A stretch of 46,353 nt of DNA from Chiloscyllium plagiosum (taxonomy: Eukaryota), in contig NC_057719.1 of NCBI RefSeq assembly GCF_004010195.1, positions 2,159,267 through 2,205,619 of the forward strand. The letters are read 5' to 3'. The notes under the pieces are model-generated. The model saw only the letters and a list, made by a program, of their open reading frames with translations. It made no database searches and was not told the DNA's origin. The stretch's first letter is position 1; each line of letters opens with the position of its first letter. The position numbers were made by a program, and so were the translations under genes. Below are positions 10,553-23,370 of the stretch, piece after piece.

Positions 10553-11653
10553 AGTTTATGGGGAGGTCAAGCAGAGGTATTCAAAATGAGGAATTTTATT
10601 TGGGGTGAGGAAGGAGGAACTCTGTGTTCGGGCAGAAGAGTTGATCATCAGAATGTAGCTTTAAGACAATTGATGAAAGAACAAAGGTATGATTAGAATG
10701 TTTTGACTACAGCTTGCATTTATGTGGTTTTCTTTAAGATAATAAAATACTCCAAAGTGCTTCACGTGAGTGTTAGCAAATAATGCAATGAGCCACATGA
10801 AGAGCTATTAATGCAGCTTGTCAAAGTCTAGATCGTAGTAATAGATTTTAAAGCACATCTTTAGGCAGAAGGAAAGTTAGGTTTGAGTTTGGGAGTTAGG
10901 AACCTGAAATGGTAGTAATCAGAGTCATGGATGCCAAAATTGGAATAATGAAGTTAGTTCCATCATTTACAGGGTGGAGGAGTTCCTGTCTGATGTGGAA
11001 TGCACTGCTAACAGGAATGCAAGCAGATTCAGTAGTAACTTGCAGAAAGGGTAAATACTTGAAAAGGAAAACATTAGCCATACTTTGGGGAAGAGCAGGA
11101 GAGACCAGAGCAAACCAGCAATTTCCCAAACCCATTAGCAGCATGATAGACTAAGTGGCCTGCGTTTGTGCTGCAAGTCTTCATAGCTTGATTATATTGA
11201 TGGGTTCCATTAAAATGAATATTGCATATCTTGGTCACAGGCTGTTACATTACTTAAGCTTCCTAATGGCAACTCATCTTCAACACTGTAGGGAGCCAGC
11301 ACCAATGTGGAACAGAACCAACATTTTATAATTTCAAATCTGATCTCTGGCCAACGTTGTGTTTGCTAGTCACTGGTGTCATGAGGGTTGCACTTGGCAT
11401 CGAAGGTGATTTTTGGTTGTAACTCAAGCTGTTTTTCATAAAAATATTGGAATGCGCTGGACCAACCAACATTGAGCTCCCCCCAGTTCACCTCTCTTCC
11501 AGTAGTCTGGTGTAGTATTGGATCATGGATTTTAAATAAAATATTGGCAAAGTATCACAAAAATATAGTTAACAAAACTGAAGCTTATAGAATATAGTCA
11601 TTGGGCAAAAATTTTGTTTAAGAACAGAAAATAGTGAGTCGTGGTAAACTGTA

Positions 11654-11865
11654 GTTAAAAATCACACAACACCAGGTTATAGTCCAGCAGGTTTATTTGT
11701 AAGCACTAGCTTTCGGAGCGCTGCTCCTTCATCAGGGAGCTAGTGACCTGACAAAGGAGCAGCGCTCCAAAAGCTAGTGCTTACAAATACACCTGCTGGA
11801 CTATAACCTGATGTTGTGTGATTTTTTAACTTTATCCACGCCAGCCCAACACCGGCCCCTCCACA
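11654..11865. mobile_element. Palindromic PLE-terminus element (family C)
   Basis: Arms 11654-11736 and 11747-11830 are near-perfect inverted repeats. TSD TCGTGGTAAA at 11639-11648 and 11866-11875. Confidence 0.88.
11704..11738 (-). ncRNA. Minimal type I hammerhead ribozyme motif (intact core)
   Basis: Minus strand CTGATGA-A-GGAGC-AGC-GCTCC-GAAA-GCTA-GTG: conserved boxes, 5-bp stem II, palindromic AGCT in place of helix III, CUA triplet. Activity is not shown. Confidence 0.68.
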
Positions 11866-12589
11866 TCGTGGTAAATCTTTAAATTGGTGGGTGGCAGACT
11901 GTATTGTTTGCCATGGGGCATTGATACGATCCCTGCTTTTGTTTATTTTATGGAAAGTTAAAGACTTGAGTATTAGAATACAGAGTAAAATTTCAAAGTG
12001 TTTTGATGATCCCAAATGTGAGGGAATGATGAACAGCAAAGTGAGTGCAACAGAATGTAGCCTAGCAAAATGGGCAGACAGATAGCAGATGGAATTTTAA
12101 TACAGAGCAGTGTGAGGTGGTGCATTTTGGAAGGAGGGCTAGTGAGAGACTGTGTGGACTGAATGGCACAGTTCCAGAGTGTGGCAAGGCAGCAGGAACT
12201 TGTGGTTCAGGCACTCTGATGTTCGAGGATTATAAGGCACATTGAGACAATAACAAATATGAGATCTTGGGCCTCAAAGGCTTTAAATACAATAAAAAGG
12301 AAGTTTTGCTGAACTCTAGTCACGGTCTAGAAGTTTTCTAGAGTATTGCATCTAATTCTGGTCACTGCACTTTCGGAACAATGTTAAAGTTCTCGAAGGT
12401 TGAGAGGAGATTTGCCAGACTGATTTCAGGAATGGGGTTGGAGTGAGTTTGGTTTTACTTTTACTTGCAAGGTTAGGTTGGCAAAATAAAGGAGAGTTAA
12501 GGAAGAATTGATATGTGACAGGCTTGGATAGTAGAGAGAAAAACCCTGTTTGGATGATGTTGAAGGGGCTTGGGGACATTGGCTTTTAT

Positions 12590-14330
12590 AGAACCCTGGT
12601 ATGACACTGTACAGAAGATGCCAATCAAGTCTGCACTGACAAAAACTCAATTGTCACTAATCTCATTTTCCCACACTAGGCCCATAACCTTGAATGTTAA
12701 GAAATTTCAAGTGCCCATCCAAGTACTCTTTAAAGGTTTCCCACCTCACCTGTTCTCCCAGACAGTGCATTCTATTCTGGATTGGAATTGTTATCTCTGT
12801 TTTCGGCTCACAGATGCTCCCAGACCAGCTGAGTTTCCCCAGCAATTTTGTTTTTGTTTCAGATCTCCAGTTCGTTGTTTTATTTTAGTACATTCCAGAT
12901 TCCTACCAGCCTCTGGGTGGTATGTTTTCCTCCTCAAGTCCCCTTTAACCCTCCTGCCTTGCATCTCAAAATTGTGCTCCCTTCTTAATAACCTTTCAGC
13001 CAGGAGGGATAGCTGCCTTCATTCACCCTATTCATGTACCTTGCAATCTTATCCATCTCTATCAGGACCCTCTCAGCCTTCTCTGCTCCAAAGGAAACAA
13101 CCCAAGCTGATCTAGTCTTTCTTCATAGCCAGACTGCTCCATCCCAGACACCATCCTGGTGAATCTCTTCTTCACGCCCTCCTGTGCAATCACGTCCTTC
13201 CTATAGTGTGGTGCACACAGTACTGAGCCATGTCCTTACCAAAGTTCTGTACAGCTCCAACAGAACGTCCTTGCTGTTATAATGTGTACCTCAACTGATG
13301 AAGACAAGAGTCCCATATGCCTTCTTTATGACCCTATTAGCCTGCTCTACAAGTACCCCAAGATCCCTGTGTTCCTCTGAGCTTCCTGGTGTCCTGCATT
13401 CATTGAGTACTCCCTTGTCTAGTTCCTTCTTCCAAACTGCACCACTTTCCAGGGTTAAACTCCATCTGCCACTGATCTTCCCATTTCACCAATCCATTTA
13501 TATCCTAACACACTCAACCACAAGCTTACTTATCACACACCTCCACCAAACCCCACCCGCCAACATTCTTATCTCCATCATTTATGACTATTGACTATTG
13601 CAAACAAGACACTGATCCCTGTGGTACATCACTGCACACTGGGTTCCAGTCACACTAACAGCCCTCTTATCGTCATTCTCTGTCTCCTGTTACTGTCCAT
13701 TTTGGATCCAACTTGCCAAGTTATCCTGGTCTAAAGCTTTTACCTTCTCCATCAGTTTCCCACGTGAGGCCTTGTGAAAGGCCTTTGCTGAAATCCATAT
13801 AAACCACATCAGCTGCACTACACCCGTCTATTTACTCGGTAACCTGCTCGGAAAATTAAACTAAATTCGCCAGCCATGACCTTCCCTTGACAAAGCCATT
13901 CTAACTACCCCTGATCAAGTCATGCCCCTCTAAATGGAGATTAACTCTGTCCTTCGCTATTTTCTCCAATAGTTTCCCTACCACTGATGTGAGACTCCCT
14001 GGTCTGTAATCCCCTGGACTACCTCTACCACCCTTCTTGTAAAGTGGAATCCCATTAGTTGTCTTCCTGTCCTCTGGCCAGAGAGGAATCAGAGTGAGAG
14101 CTGCTATAATTTCCTTTCCCATCTCCCACAGCAACGTGAGATACAACTCATCTGGACCTGGAGATGGTCGACTTTTAAACCCACCAAAACCTCCAACATC
14201 ACCTCCTCACTCCCTCCGTCGAACTGCGCAAGAATGTCACAGTACCTCCTCCTGAATTCTGTACCTACATTCTCCTTCTCCAAAGCTGTTTTGGCAAGGG
14301 ATGCTGAGAAATATGATTTGCTTTTAGACA
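12590..14330 (-). mobile_element. Decayed CR1 LINE
   Basis: Minus-strand peptide WPEDRKTTNGIPLYKKGGRGSPGDYRPGSLTSVVGKLLEKI (ORF 13901-14146). Contains a short family B piece near 12795-12885. Confidence 0.85.
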
Positions 14331-14835
14331 ATGAGTGATAATGATTGGGAATTCACTGCTCACAGAAATGGGGATCAATGATTTTGAAAGGATAAAGGAA
14401 GGGCACTTTATAAATATAATTTGTTGGGCTGTGAGGCTGGAGTGTGGAATAGTAATGACTAGATTGCTGTATAGATTTGATGGACCAACTAGCCTCTTTC
14501 TATATGTAACATCTGTGACTCTTAACACAGTTATTCACTCATTGAGAAAAGTCCATCTCTCCGCAACATATCCAGGTATCTGGTCCAAGACACCCAGTGC
14601 CCCAGGCCACTGATCATGCCTCACATTGTTCCACACTATCCATTGCTGATGGAGAGGCACGAACTGTCAGCTTAGCCTGTAAGCGTGCATGCAGAATGAT
14701 TGCCCAGGTTGGTTAGCGGGTCACCTGGTTGATATCTTGTGGACAAAGGCATTGGCCTCTCCACGGGGATGTGATCAAAATAATTTGACGTCTCAATGAA
14801 ATGACTCCTTCAGAATTTTCCTTTTGGTTTTGCAG

Positions 14836-14896
14836 CTATTTGTAAACAAGGCTGCCATTCGATCCATGGGGGATGTAAAGTTCCTGGAGAATGCAC
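14836..14896 (+). CDS. Jagged-family coding exon (N-terminal part of EGF1; equivalent to JAG1 exon 5)
   Basis: Acceptor TTTTGCAG ends at 14835 and donor GTAAGT starts at 14897; length 61 bp. Spliced to the previous exon it reads in frame [20 protein letters not shown](T). Compare JAG1 [20 protein letters not shown] and JAG2 [20 protein letters not shown]. Too short for the ORF track. Confidence 0.95.
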
Positions 14897-16798
14897 GTAA
14901 GTGAGCACCATTCTGGGCCAACAATTGTTTTCAACCAGCTGTTACATAACCACTGCTGTTTGGATGTTTGGTGATTGCACTATTTTAGTAGCAGTGGTTC
15001 AGTTTGAGAAAGATCCCTGAACAGTGTCTGCTTGTACCAAAAAACAACTCCGTGTTTAAATTTTTTCTTTTCCCTTTTCGGGGTGGGAATAAAAGCAAAA
15101 AGCATTTGATCTGGTCACCATGGCCTGTGATTAGTGGTGCCTGAGAAAGGAGTCTGGTTTTAGTCCACAATACTCTTGTGATTTGTTGTGTAGAGGGATG
15201 TGTGAGGACTCAGCAAGGCTACTTTGGCAATGCTATCTGTTTGTAGTTGTAAGCTCTGCTTTTAGAATTGCAACAGTTTGGTACCCATGATTCCAGCCTC
15301 TATTTTAAAACACAGCTGATAAAGGTTATGCTAAGTTTCTGCTGACCAGTCCCAATTCTGCCTGTGTGATTTACAATTAAAGAGCTGGCCATTGCTTTGA
15401 CCCCAGCACCATTTACATCACCTTTCGAGAAATATAAACCATTGTACAGCTTTACAAGAGCTGATGACCAGTAAGTAATATCGGAGAAACTGTGCCCTCC
15501 CTCTGGTAGGTTTTAGTGTCTATACGTTCAAACCCATGACAAGCTTTGTGGGTTTCCCTGTAACAGGCCAAACAGGGGAAAGCTGGAAAGATGCACTGAT
15601 CTCTCTTGCTCCGGGCTCTGTACAGCGGTTGTAAAATTGCACGTAGACACGCCAGGGTGTTTTGGCATTGATTGCCTGTCATTGAGTGCACAGGACTTGG
15701 AAAACCTCACATGCACGTGTCCTCCGTAACTCCAAATAACATGTGACTCATGGGTCAACGATCACGCTTGATGGTATCATAACAGTGAGTCCTGATGAGC
15801 TGGGGCTAAATATATTCTGGCTTATTAAATATAGCCTTCAGTAAATGGACAGGGTTGAAGCTGTGAATCATGCAGCCAGTAAACCATTTGAGACCGAAGA
15901 AGATGTTATTGGCAGACGTGACTGTGCGGCGGAGAGCAGCAAAGGGATGGCTTGGACTGACATGATGCCCACGTGCACTTTTCTTGTCATGATATTTCTT
16001 CCCCTCTGCCCATGGCCTAGTGCCATTCTTACACTTGCTTCTATGGAAAGGATCTTCCACGAGCTGTACGGTCATGGATTTTGCAGACTTGAGCTTAGAA
16101 TCCTTGGCTGATCCTACCCATTAACTCGCTGCAGTACTAAGAAAGTACCTCACTGTTGGCAGTATTCTCTTTGGAATGATTTGTCAAACTGAGGCCCTGG
16201 TCCACTCCCTCAGGAGGATGTAATCCAGAGGCCTAGGCTCATGCTGACATGATTTCAAATCCAAATGTGGTAACTCATAGTGGACCCATGCACTCACGCC
16301 CACTTCACCCTCAACAACAAAACCTACAGACAAACCAACGGAACATCCATGGGATCTCCAATATCAGGGTTCCTGGCAGGGACAGTAATGCAGAGACTCG
16401 AACAAACAGCTCTGTCCAAAATTTGGGTCCGCTACGTGGATGTCATCACTAAACGAAATAAATTAGAGGAAACCTTCAAGATCATCAATAATTCCCTTAC
16501 TGTCATAAAGTTCATATAGAGAAGGAAAACCACAACAAACGGCCATTCCTAGATGTCACAGTAGAGCAAACAGCCAATGGAGAACTTACAACCAGCGTTA
16601 ATAGGAAAGTAACACAAATGGACTAAATATTGAACGACAGAAGCAATCATCCCAACATCTATAAACAAAGCTGCATTGAAACATTATTTCAATGAGCCAC
16701 TGCACACTGCAGCGCAGAGGAAAACTCACCTATACTGTGTATTCAAAAAGAACAGACAGCCAATGAACACAGACTGCCGATTTCTCAGCAACAAACCC

Positions 16799-17184
16799 TC
16801 ATTGGAAAGAAGGCGGTTAAGAGGGGATTTGATAGAGACATACAAGATGATCAGAGGATTAGATAGGGTAGACAGTGAAAGTCTTTTTCCTAGGATGATG
16901 ATGTCAGCGTGTACGAGGGGCATAACTACAAATTGAGGGGTGATAGATTTAAGACAGATGTCAGAGGCAGGTTCTTTACTCAGGGAGTGGTAAGGGTGTG
17001 GAACGCCCTATCTGCTAATGTAGTCAACTCAGCCACATTAGGGAGATTTAAACAATCCTTAGATAAGCACATGGATGATGATAGGATAGTGTAGAAGGAT
17101 GAGCTTAGATTAGTTCACAGGTCGGCGCAACATCGCTGGCCGAAGGGCCTGTTCTGCTTTGTATTGTTCTATGTTCCATGTTCT
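16799..17184 (+). mobile_element. CR1 3'-end fragment nested in the PLE
   Basis: SLERRRLRGDLIETYKMIRGLDRVD...FFTQGVVRVWNAL; (TGTTCTA)n tail; AACCC at 16794-16798 and 17185-17189. Confidence 0.9.
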
Positions 17185-17382
17185 AACCCGAACAAGCAGA
17201 CAATACACACCCAGAAACCCTAGCCACTCTCTCTTACATCAAAGACATCTCTGAAATGGCTGCCAGACTACTCAGACACCTTGGCATCATGGTAGCCCAC
17301 CAACATACTAAAATAGCAGCTAATGAACTTGAAAGACCCTATATAGACAATAATTAAAACAAATTTCTGAGAAAAAAAACAG

Positions 17383-17468
17383 GAAATGACATCACCATAG
17401 GAAATGATGTCACCACGTGAAATGACATCACCATAGGAAATGATGTCACCACGTGAAATGACATCACC
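17383..17468 (+). repeat. 18-bp minisatellite (about 5 units, alternating to give a 36-bp period) within the PLE 3' region
   Basis: GAAATGACATCACCATAG and GAAATGATGTCACCACGT alternate A-B-A-B-A'. Confidence 0.9.
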
Positions 17469-17533
17469 AACCCAAGGAAACCTGAACATATAAATAGAAA
17501 GTGGGTTACACCATCAGTGCTTCATCTGGAGGC

Positions 17534-17573
17534 TCACTGAAGATGTTGCCTAGTATGGTGACGAAATGTCTGA
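17534..17573 (+). ncRNA. Minimal hammerhead motif at the PLE 3' end (family D)
   Basis: TCA-CTGAAGA-T-GTTGCC-TAGTAT-GGTGAC-GAAA-TGTC-TGA: stem I TCA/TGA, 6-bp stem II with G-U pairs, GUC triplet. The ACGT palindrome has decayed to ATGT. Confidence 0.68.
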
Positions 17574-17659
17574 AAAAGGACATTTCAGCTCAGCGAGCAA
17601 ACCTACATCCAGAATCTCAACCTGAGCTATAAATCTTCTCAAAACTCACTAACTCATCG

Positions 17660-18940
17660 AGTCAGAGCGTCCTACAGTACTGAGACAGGCCTTTTAGCCC
17701 AAACTGGTCCATCCCGACTAAAATGTCCATCACACTAACCCTATTTCCCTGCACTTGACCCATGTCCTTCTAAACCTTTCCTATCCATCTATTTGTCCAA
17801 ATGCGTTTTAAATGTTGTTAATGTACCTGCCTCAACCACTTCCACTGGCAGCTCATTCCATATGCGTACCACCCTCTGTGTAAAAGAGTTGCCCCTCAGG
17901 TTCCCTTTTATTCTTTCCCCTCTAACCTTAAACTGATGCCCTATAGTCCTCGATTCCCCAACCCTGGGAAAAAGACGGAGTTCATTTACCCTATTCATGC
18001 CTCTCATGGTCTTCTACCCCTATATAAGGACCCACACCACCCCTCAGTCTCCTCTGCTCTAAAGAAGAAAGTCCTAGCTTGTCCAGCCTCTCCTTAAAAC
18101 TCAGACCATTGAGTCCAGGCAACATCCTTGCAAACCTCCTCTGCATTCTTTCCATTTTAATAACCTCCTTCCTATAACAACGTGACCAAAACTAACTGCA
18201 ATACTCTAAATGCGGCCTCACAAATGTCCTATGTAACTGCAACATAACTTCCCAACTTCTATACTCAGTCCCCTGACTGATGAAGGCCAGTATGCCAAAA
18301 GCCGCCTTCACTGCCCTGTCTACCTGTGACTCCACTTTCAGAGAACCGTGCACCTGAACTCCAAGATCCCTCTGTTCCACGACACTCCTTAAGGCCCTAC
18401 CATTCACCATGAAACTCCTGCCTTGATTGGACTTTCCAAAGTACAAGACCTCTCAATTATCTATATTAAACTCCATTTGCCATTTCTCGGCCCACTTCCC
18501 CAGCTGATCAAGGTCCTGCTGCAATTTCTGAGAACCTTCCTCACTGTCCATGATAGTGTCATCTGCAAACTTACTAATAATCATGCCTTGTGCATTCTCA
18601 TCCAAGTCATTGATAACCCTAATCTTCTCAGCTAAGGCTATCTCATGCCCTCTTTTTTTTCACCCTCCTGATCTCCTTTTTCAGTAAAGTCCTGTATTCC
18701 CTGTATACCTCTAGGGATTCCCTTGATCCTAGCTACCTGTACCTGAGCTATGCCTCCTCCTTTTTTCTGGTCAAAACCTCAATATCTCTTATCATTCAGG
18801 GTTCCCCTGTTCCTGCCAATCTTGCTCTTCATCCTCACATCAAGACCTTGAACTCTAGCTATCTCACTTTTAAAGGCCTCCCACTTGCCAGAGGTCCCTT
18901 TGCCTGCAAACAAACTCCAACCAACCCCTGCAAGCTCCTG
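17660..18940 (-). mobile_element. CR1 LINE 3' portion
   Basis: Peptides YFGKSNQG...QRDLGVQVHGSLKV...VRPHLEYC and GNSFTQRVVRIWNELP. Confidence 0.9.
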
Positions 18941-19689
18941 GAATGGAACTAAGTTGAATTAACAAATTGAAAATTTGCAGTTGAAAACTAGGTTCTCACC
19001 ACGTTCATGAAATTTCCATCAATGATCAGGAAAAGCCCATCTGGTTCAGGGAAGGGAATCGGCCATCCTTACCTGTTCCTATAGCTTATCATCTTATGGT
19101 TAACCTGTGTCCTTCTGACTGGATCTTTACTCTCAATCCTTTGCCTCCCTTACCCCGTTCAGATTTTTATTTTACGAGTAAAATGTGGTTTCTACCGGTT
19201 CCTTTATGAAAATGTATTGCAGCTCACTTTTACTACAATTCATTCACGGCAGGTTGTAATTAGTTGTGGTCTTGCTCAGGTAAAGGAAGTATAGACAATA
19301 CTTTTTCCAAACCTTTGGTGTCCTTTGCAAATTTAAAAATTTGTTTTTATTGATTGCAAAATCTATAACATGAGCAGTGATTCCAGTTGTGATCTTAATG
19401 GAAAATCACTTTCCGGTCACTGTGAATAACTCCCCATTTTTGGCTAAGCCATGTTTTCTGTCTTACAGGATATCTTTGTAGATTTTTGGTAGGTTCATTG
19501 CAATGGTGCCACAATTTAGAGCAGAGAATTTAGAGATGGTTGATTAACAGTGACCTTGTCATCACCACCTCATGAAAGAACAAAACCCAATTAAATCTGT
19601 TCTGTTTTTATATTCACTCACGGAACGTGGCTGGGCCAACATTTATTGCCATTCCAAGCATTAGGATAAACTTTAGGAAACAGAGGGTA

Positions 19690-20480
19690 GGTATAGATGG
19701 GCATTTCTTGGGACCCTTGCTTTTGCTGATTTACCTCAACGATTTGGAGGTGGGGGTTGAGGGTAAAATCTCTAAAGTTGCAGATGGTACTAGGCTGGAG
19801 AGAATGAGGATGATGCTGAGGGACTTCAGAGGGACATGGGCCAGTTGGCCAATGGGCAGACACCTGGCAGATGGATTTCAATGGAGGGAAACGGGAGGGG
19901 ATGGTTAAAAAAACACACACACAGAGACAATACAGGCCTCAATGGGACAACTCTGGGGGGAGTAGAGGATCAGATGGACCTCGGGGATCATGTACATGAT
20001 TCTCTGAAGGTGACCAGGCAAGTTGTAGCAGTTGTTAAGTTGGTTTATAGGATCCTTGCGTAGAGTAGAAAAGCAAGGAAGTGACGTTACACCTCAACAA
20101 ATCATTGGGTCAGACCACATTTGGAACATTGCGTTCAGTTCTGGGCATCTTATTTAAGGAAGATGTTAAAACCCTGGAGAGAGCGCAAAAGAAGATTTAC
20201 TAGAATGATGCCTACAATGAGGGATCTTAGATATGAGGAATGATAGAGATATTGGGCTGATTCTCCTTGGAACAGACAAGGTTAAGAAGTGACCTTGTTG
20301 AGGTGTTCAAAATGCTGCACAATTCTGACAGGGTAAAGGAGGATGTTCTGTTTCCATTAGTTGGTATGTCAGTAACTCAGGGTCACAATTTCAAGATTGT
20401 CAGCAAGAGAGCTAGGAGTGAGATGAGGAAAAACTTCTTTACTTCAAGAGTTGTTAGGATTTGGAATGCGCTTTTGTAGA
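19690..20480 (+). mobile_element. Decayed CR1 LINE fragment
   Basis: LGPLLLLIYLNDL..GVEGKISKVADGT and RLRSDLVEVFK...FFTSRVVRIWNAL. Confidence 0.85.
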
Positions 20481-21209
20481 GAGTGGGGAGGAGGAATAAA
20501 TCTCTGGAAAATTCCTCTGTGTCTCTGGGCGATCAAAACAAGTCCAGGTGCTTTCCTCATTCTAATCACATCTTATCCTTTCCCAGGTTTATTGAGAATG
20601 AATCTCATTGTGAAACTTGACGATGTATATTGTGTTAGCTGAGGATTGGCTTGATAGCTGCTGGAAGTTTAAGACGTCAAAATATTTAAATGAGTGGGGG
20701 GGGGGGGGGAAGAAAAGCTGACAAATTTGCAGAAAACGATGGTGACATTTCCGCCAGTGTGAAGTATAATTCTGTGATTTTTTTGAGAGTCTGTTGAAGT
20801 TGTTGTGTAGTTCCTCCACTCCAAATTGGTTTGAACGGCACCAAGCTGGTGAACAGCAGCTCCTCGTGTTCGAGCCTGCTTGTGAACATCCTGCTCACAT
20901 GTTTTCCACTGAGTGTAATGGGCCTTTGCTGAAAATACCTTGTGGAATGCTTTCATGTCGACGGTGGATTAAGGTGAGAGTCAGCACTGCAGGAGGAAGT
21001 GGATACAGTCGGCGAATTGCCTATCCTGTAGCAGCATGTCATACCTACATTCCTGACGAAAATCTTGACAATAAAACAAAAAAAGAAAATGGGTCGGAAG
21101 TCAGCAAAGGGAGAGACTGGAGTTACAAGCTCCCCAGTCAACCCTAAACTGACCAGCATGAGCTTTCACCGCTGCAATGCAAAGAATTAGCCTCTGGTTC
21201 ATGGTGGCA

Positions 21210-21660
21210 AAAGTGAGGACTGAAGATGCTGGAAATCAGAGTCTGGATTAGAGTGGTGCTGGAAAAGCACAGCAGGTCAGGCAGCATCCCAGAGGCAGGA
21301 AAATCGACGTTTCGGGCAAAAGCCCTTCATTAGGAATGAAGGCAGGGAGCCTCCAGGGTGGAGAGATGGGTGGGGGGTGGGGGGAGAAGGTAACAAAGCC
21401 CATCCCCATCCACCTATTGTACTGTTGGCTACCTTTTTCCACCCTCCTCCCTGACCTATCACCTCCATCCCCACCCCCATCCACCCATTGTCCTCTTTGT
21501 TACCTTCTCCCCACCCCCACCCTCCCTCCCATTTATCTCTCCACCCTGGAGGTTTCCTGCCTTTATTCCTGATGAAGGGCTTTTGCCCGAAACGTTGATT
21601 TTCCTGCTCCTCGGATGCTGCCTGACCTGCTGTGCTTTTCCAGCCCCACTCTAATCCAGA
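21210..21660. mobile_element. Fold-back PLE-terminus element (family A)
   Basis: Arms about 21241-21385 and 21505-21662 are inverted. Flanked by CTCTGGTTC(A/G)TG(G/A)TG at 21192-21206 and 21661-21675. Confidence 0.88.
21565..21600 (+). ncRNA. Minimal hammerhead motif, sense to Jagged
   Basis: CTGATGA(21569)-A-GGGC-TTTT-GCCC-GAAA-CGTT. The triplet is GUU, probably CpG decay of GUC. Confidence 0.62.
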
Positions 21661-22154
21661 CTCTGGTTCGTGATGTTCTCTTACCATCTGATGATGGCCT
21701 TTGTCGTCAAATCTCCAATTTCACTTGCTGCTACAGAGAAACTTCACTCAGAATCATTGTAACGTGAAACTCATTACTGCAGGGAAAAAATTCAGTTGAA
21801 TAGCATCAATGCACTTTCGGGATATTTAAAAGGATTACACTCAGACTAAATGAATTAGAACAGGAGAAGGCTTGAGTGATTGGGCCAAGTGACCTGTTTC
21901 TGTCTGCTGTAAAGTTGATCTAATTGTAAAGCAACTCCAACTTCTGCAATTTGTTTGTATCTGAGACTGATTTAGCTCCCAAATGTCTTTGTATATGTAA
22001 AAGCAAAATACTGTAGATGCTAAAAATCTGAAATAGACACAGGGAGGAGTGGAGAAACTCAGCAGGTCTAGCAGAGAGAGCGAGAGACTAAGTTAACATT
22101 TGGAGTCTGGTGTGAATCTTCAGAGCTCTTTAAAGCTGAGTTAGATAGATTCTT

Positions 22155-22384
22155 CTAGGAGAAAGTGAGGACTGCAGATGCTGGAGATCAGAGCTGATAA
22201 TGTGTTGCTGGAAAAGCGCAGCAGGTCAGGCAGCATCCAGGGAACAGGAGAATCGACGTTTCGGGCATGAGCCCTTCTTCAGGAATCCTTCTTCCTGAAG
22301 AAGGGCTCATGCCCGATGCGTCAATTCACCTGCTCCTTGGATGCTGCCTGACCTGCTGCGCTTTTCCAGCAACACATTTTCAGC
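22155..22384. mobile_element. Palindromic PLE-terminus element (family A)
   Basis: Arms 22191-22285 and 22292-22385 are inverted. TSD TTAGATAG(A/G)TTCTT at 22141-22154 and 22385-22398. Minus-strand core is intact (CTGAAGA-AGGGCTCATGCCC-GAAA-CGTC); the plus-strand core has GAAA changed to GATG. Confidence 0.9.
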
Positions 22385-22957
22385 TTAGATAGGTTCTTGG
22401 TCACAAGGGAGTTGATAATCATCAGGGAAAGGTTGGTAAGGCTGCAATCAGATTATTACTTTATCAAATAATGGCACAGGCTGGTGGGGCTTTTAATCCT
22501 TTTGTTTGTAAGTACATTCAAAGCACTTGAGCAACAATATTAATGCTGGTTTGGGGGTAAATATTGGGATCGGGTCACTGGAGATAATCCCCTTGCTCTT
22601 CACATGGTGTTGAGATGATTGTGTTGAACACTTCAGGCAGGTGAGACTTTGGTTTTGTGTCTAGCTTTTTCTTTCCGTGCTGTCCAGTGGTGTGTTGCAT
22701 AACTCACTCTTTTTAATGTTCTTTTTCATTCAGTCGCTAACTAATTTCATTCAGACTGAGGAACTCAGTGAATTTACTGGAGGAAATTTAATCCTATTGA
22801 GTCATCTCATGGCTGCACCTTGCAAGTTGTTTTTGGGGGGAGGGGGTCACTATGGGTTCAGAGTTCATAAAGAAACTCATTTGAGATCAGATATGTCTCA
22901 ACATCAGACAGACTGGCTACTGGGTTTCCAATATGACAGGAGTCTCTGTACTTCAAA

Positions 22958-23370
22958 AGAATAGAGAGGCTGAACAGGCTGGGACTGTGTTCCCTGGAGC
23001 ATCAGCGGCTGAGGGGTGACTTTATAGACGTTTATAAAATCACATGGGGTATGGATAGGATAAATAGACAAGGTCTTTTCCCCAGGGTAGGGGAGTCCAA
23101 AACAAGAGGGCATAGGTTTAAGGTGAGCGGGGAAAGATATAAAACTTTTTCACGCAGAGGGTGGTGCGTGTAAGGAATGAGCTGCCAGAGGAAGTGGTGG
23201 AGACTGGTACAATTACAGCATTTAAAAGGCATCTGGATGGGTATATGAATAGGACGGGTTTGGAGGGATATGGGCCAAATGCTGGCAAATGGGGCTGGAG
23301 TAATTTAGGATATCTGGTCAGCATGGATTAGTTGGACCAAAGGGTGTGTTTCCATGCTGCACATCTCTAA
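22958..23370 (+). mobile_element. CR1 LINE 3' end
   Basis: ERLNRLGL.SLE.QRLRGD.I.VYKI...FTQRVVR remnant and 3' tail, similar to the reverse complement of 17690-18110. Confidence 0.85.

Larger units (their letters stand above)
11540..12580 (+). mobile_element. Very old CR1 RT-region relic
   Basis: Degenerate remnants of SKFADD (TCAAAGTGTTTTGATGAT), KWADR..MEF, CEVVHFG and YC.QFWS. Multiple frameshifts. Confidence 0.65.
9802..14835 (+). other. GT-AG intron between the two Jagged exons (5034 bp)
   Basis: Canonical GTAAGG...TGCAG ends; joining the exons preserves the reading frame. Confidence 0.92.
16293..17652 (+). mobile_element. Penelope-like retroelement remnant (family D), interrupted by a CR1 fragment
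   Basis: Peptide FTLNNKTYRQTNGTSMGSPISGFLA...WVRYVD (PLE RT). 3' region has an 18-bp tandem repeat and a hammerhead. Homologous to 2116-2475. Confidence 0.88.

Noticed and set aside
11654..11830. Long hairpins as miRNA precursors or classical DNA-transposon MITEs (also 22155-22384)
   Set aside because: Variable 8-17 bp TSDs, one-sided tails and identity with PLE termini point to retroelement fold-backs. No small-RNA evidence is available.
17383..17468. Regularly spaced repeats resembling a CRISPR array
   Set aside because: Contiguous 18-bp units with no unique spacers, inside a PLE, in vertebrate DNA.
19450..19500. Good-looking splice acceptor TTTTCTGTCTTACAG as the next Jagged exon
   Set aside because: The downstream sequence does not encode the expected Cys-rich EGF pattern.
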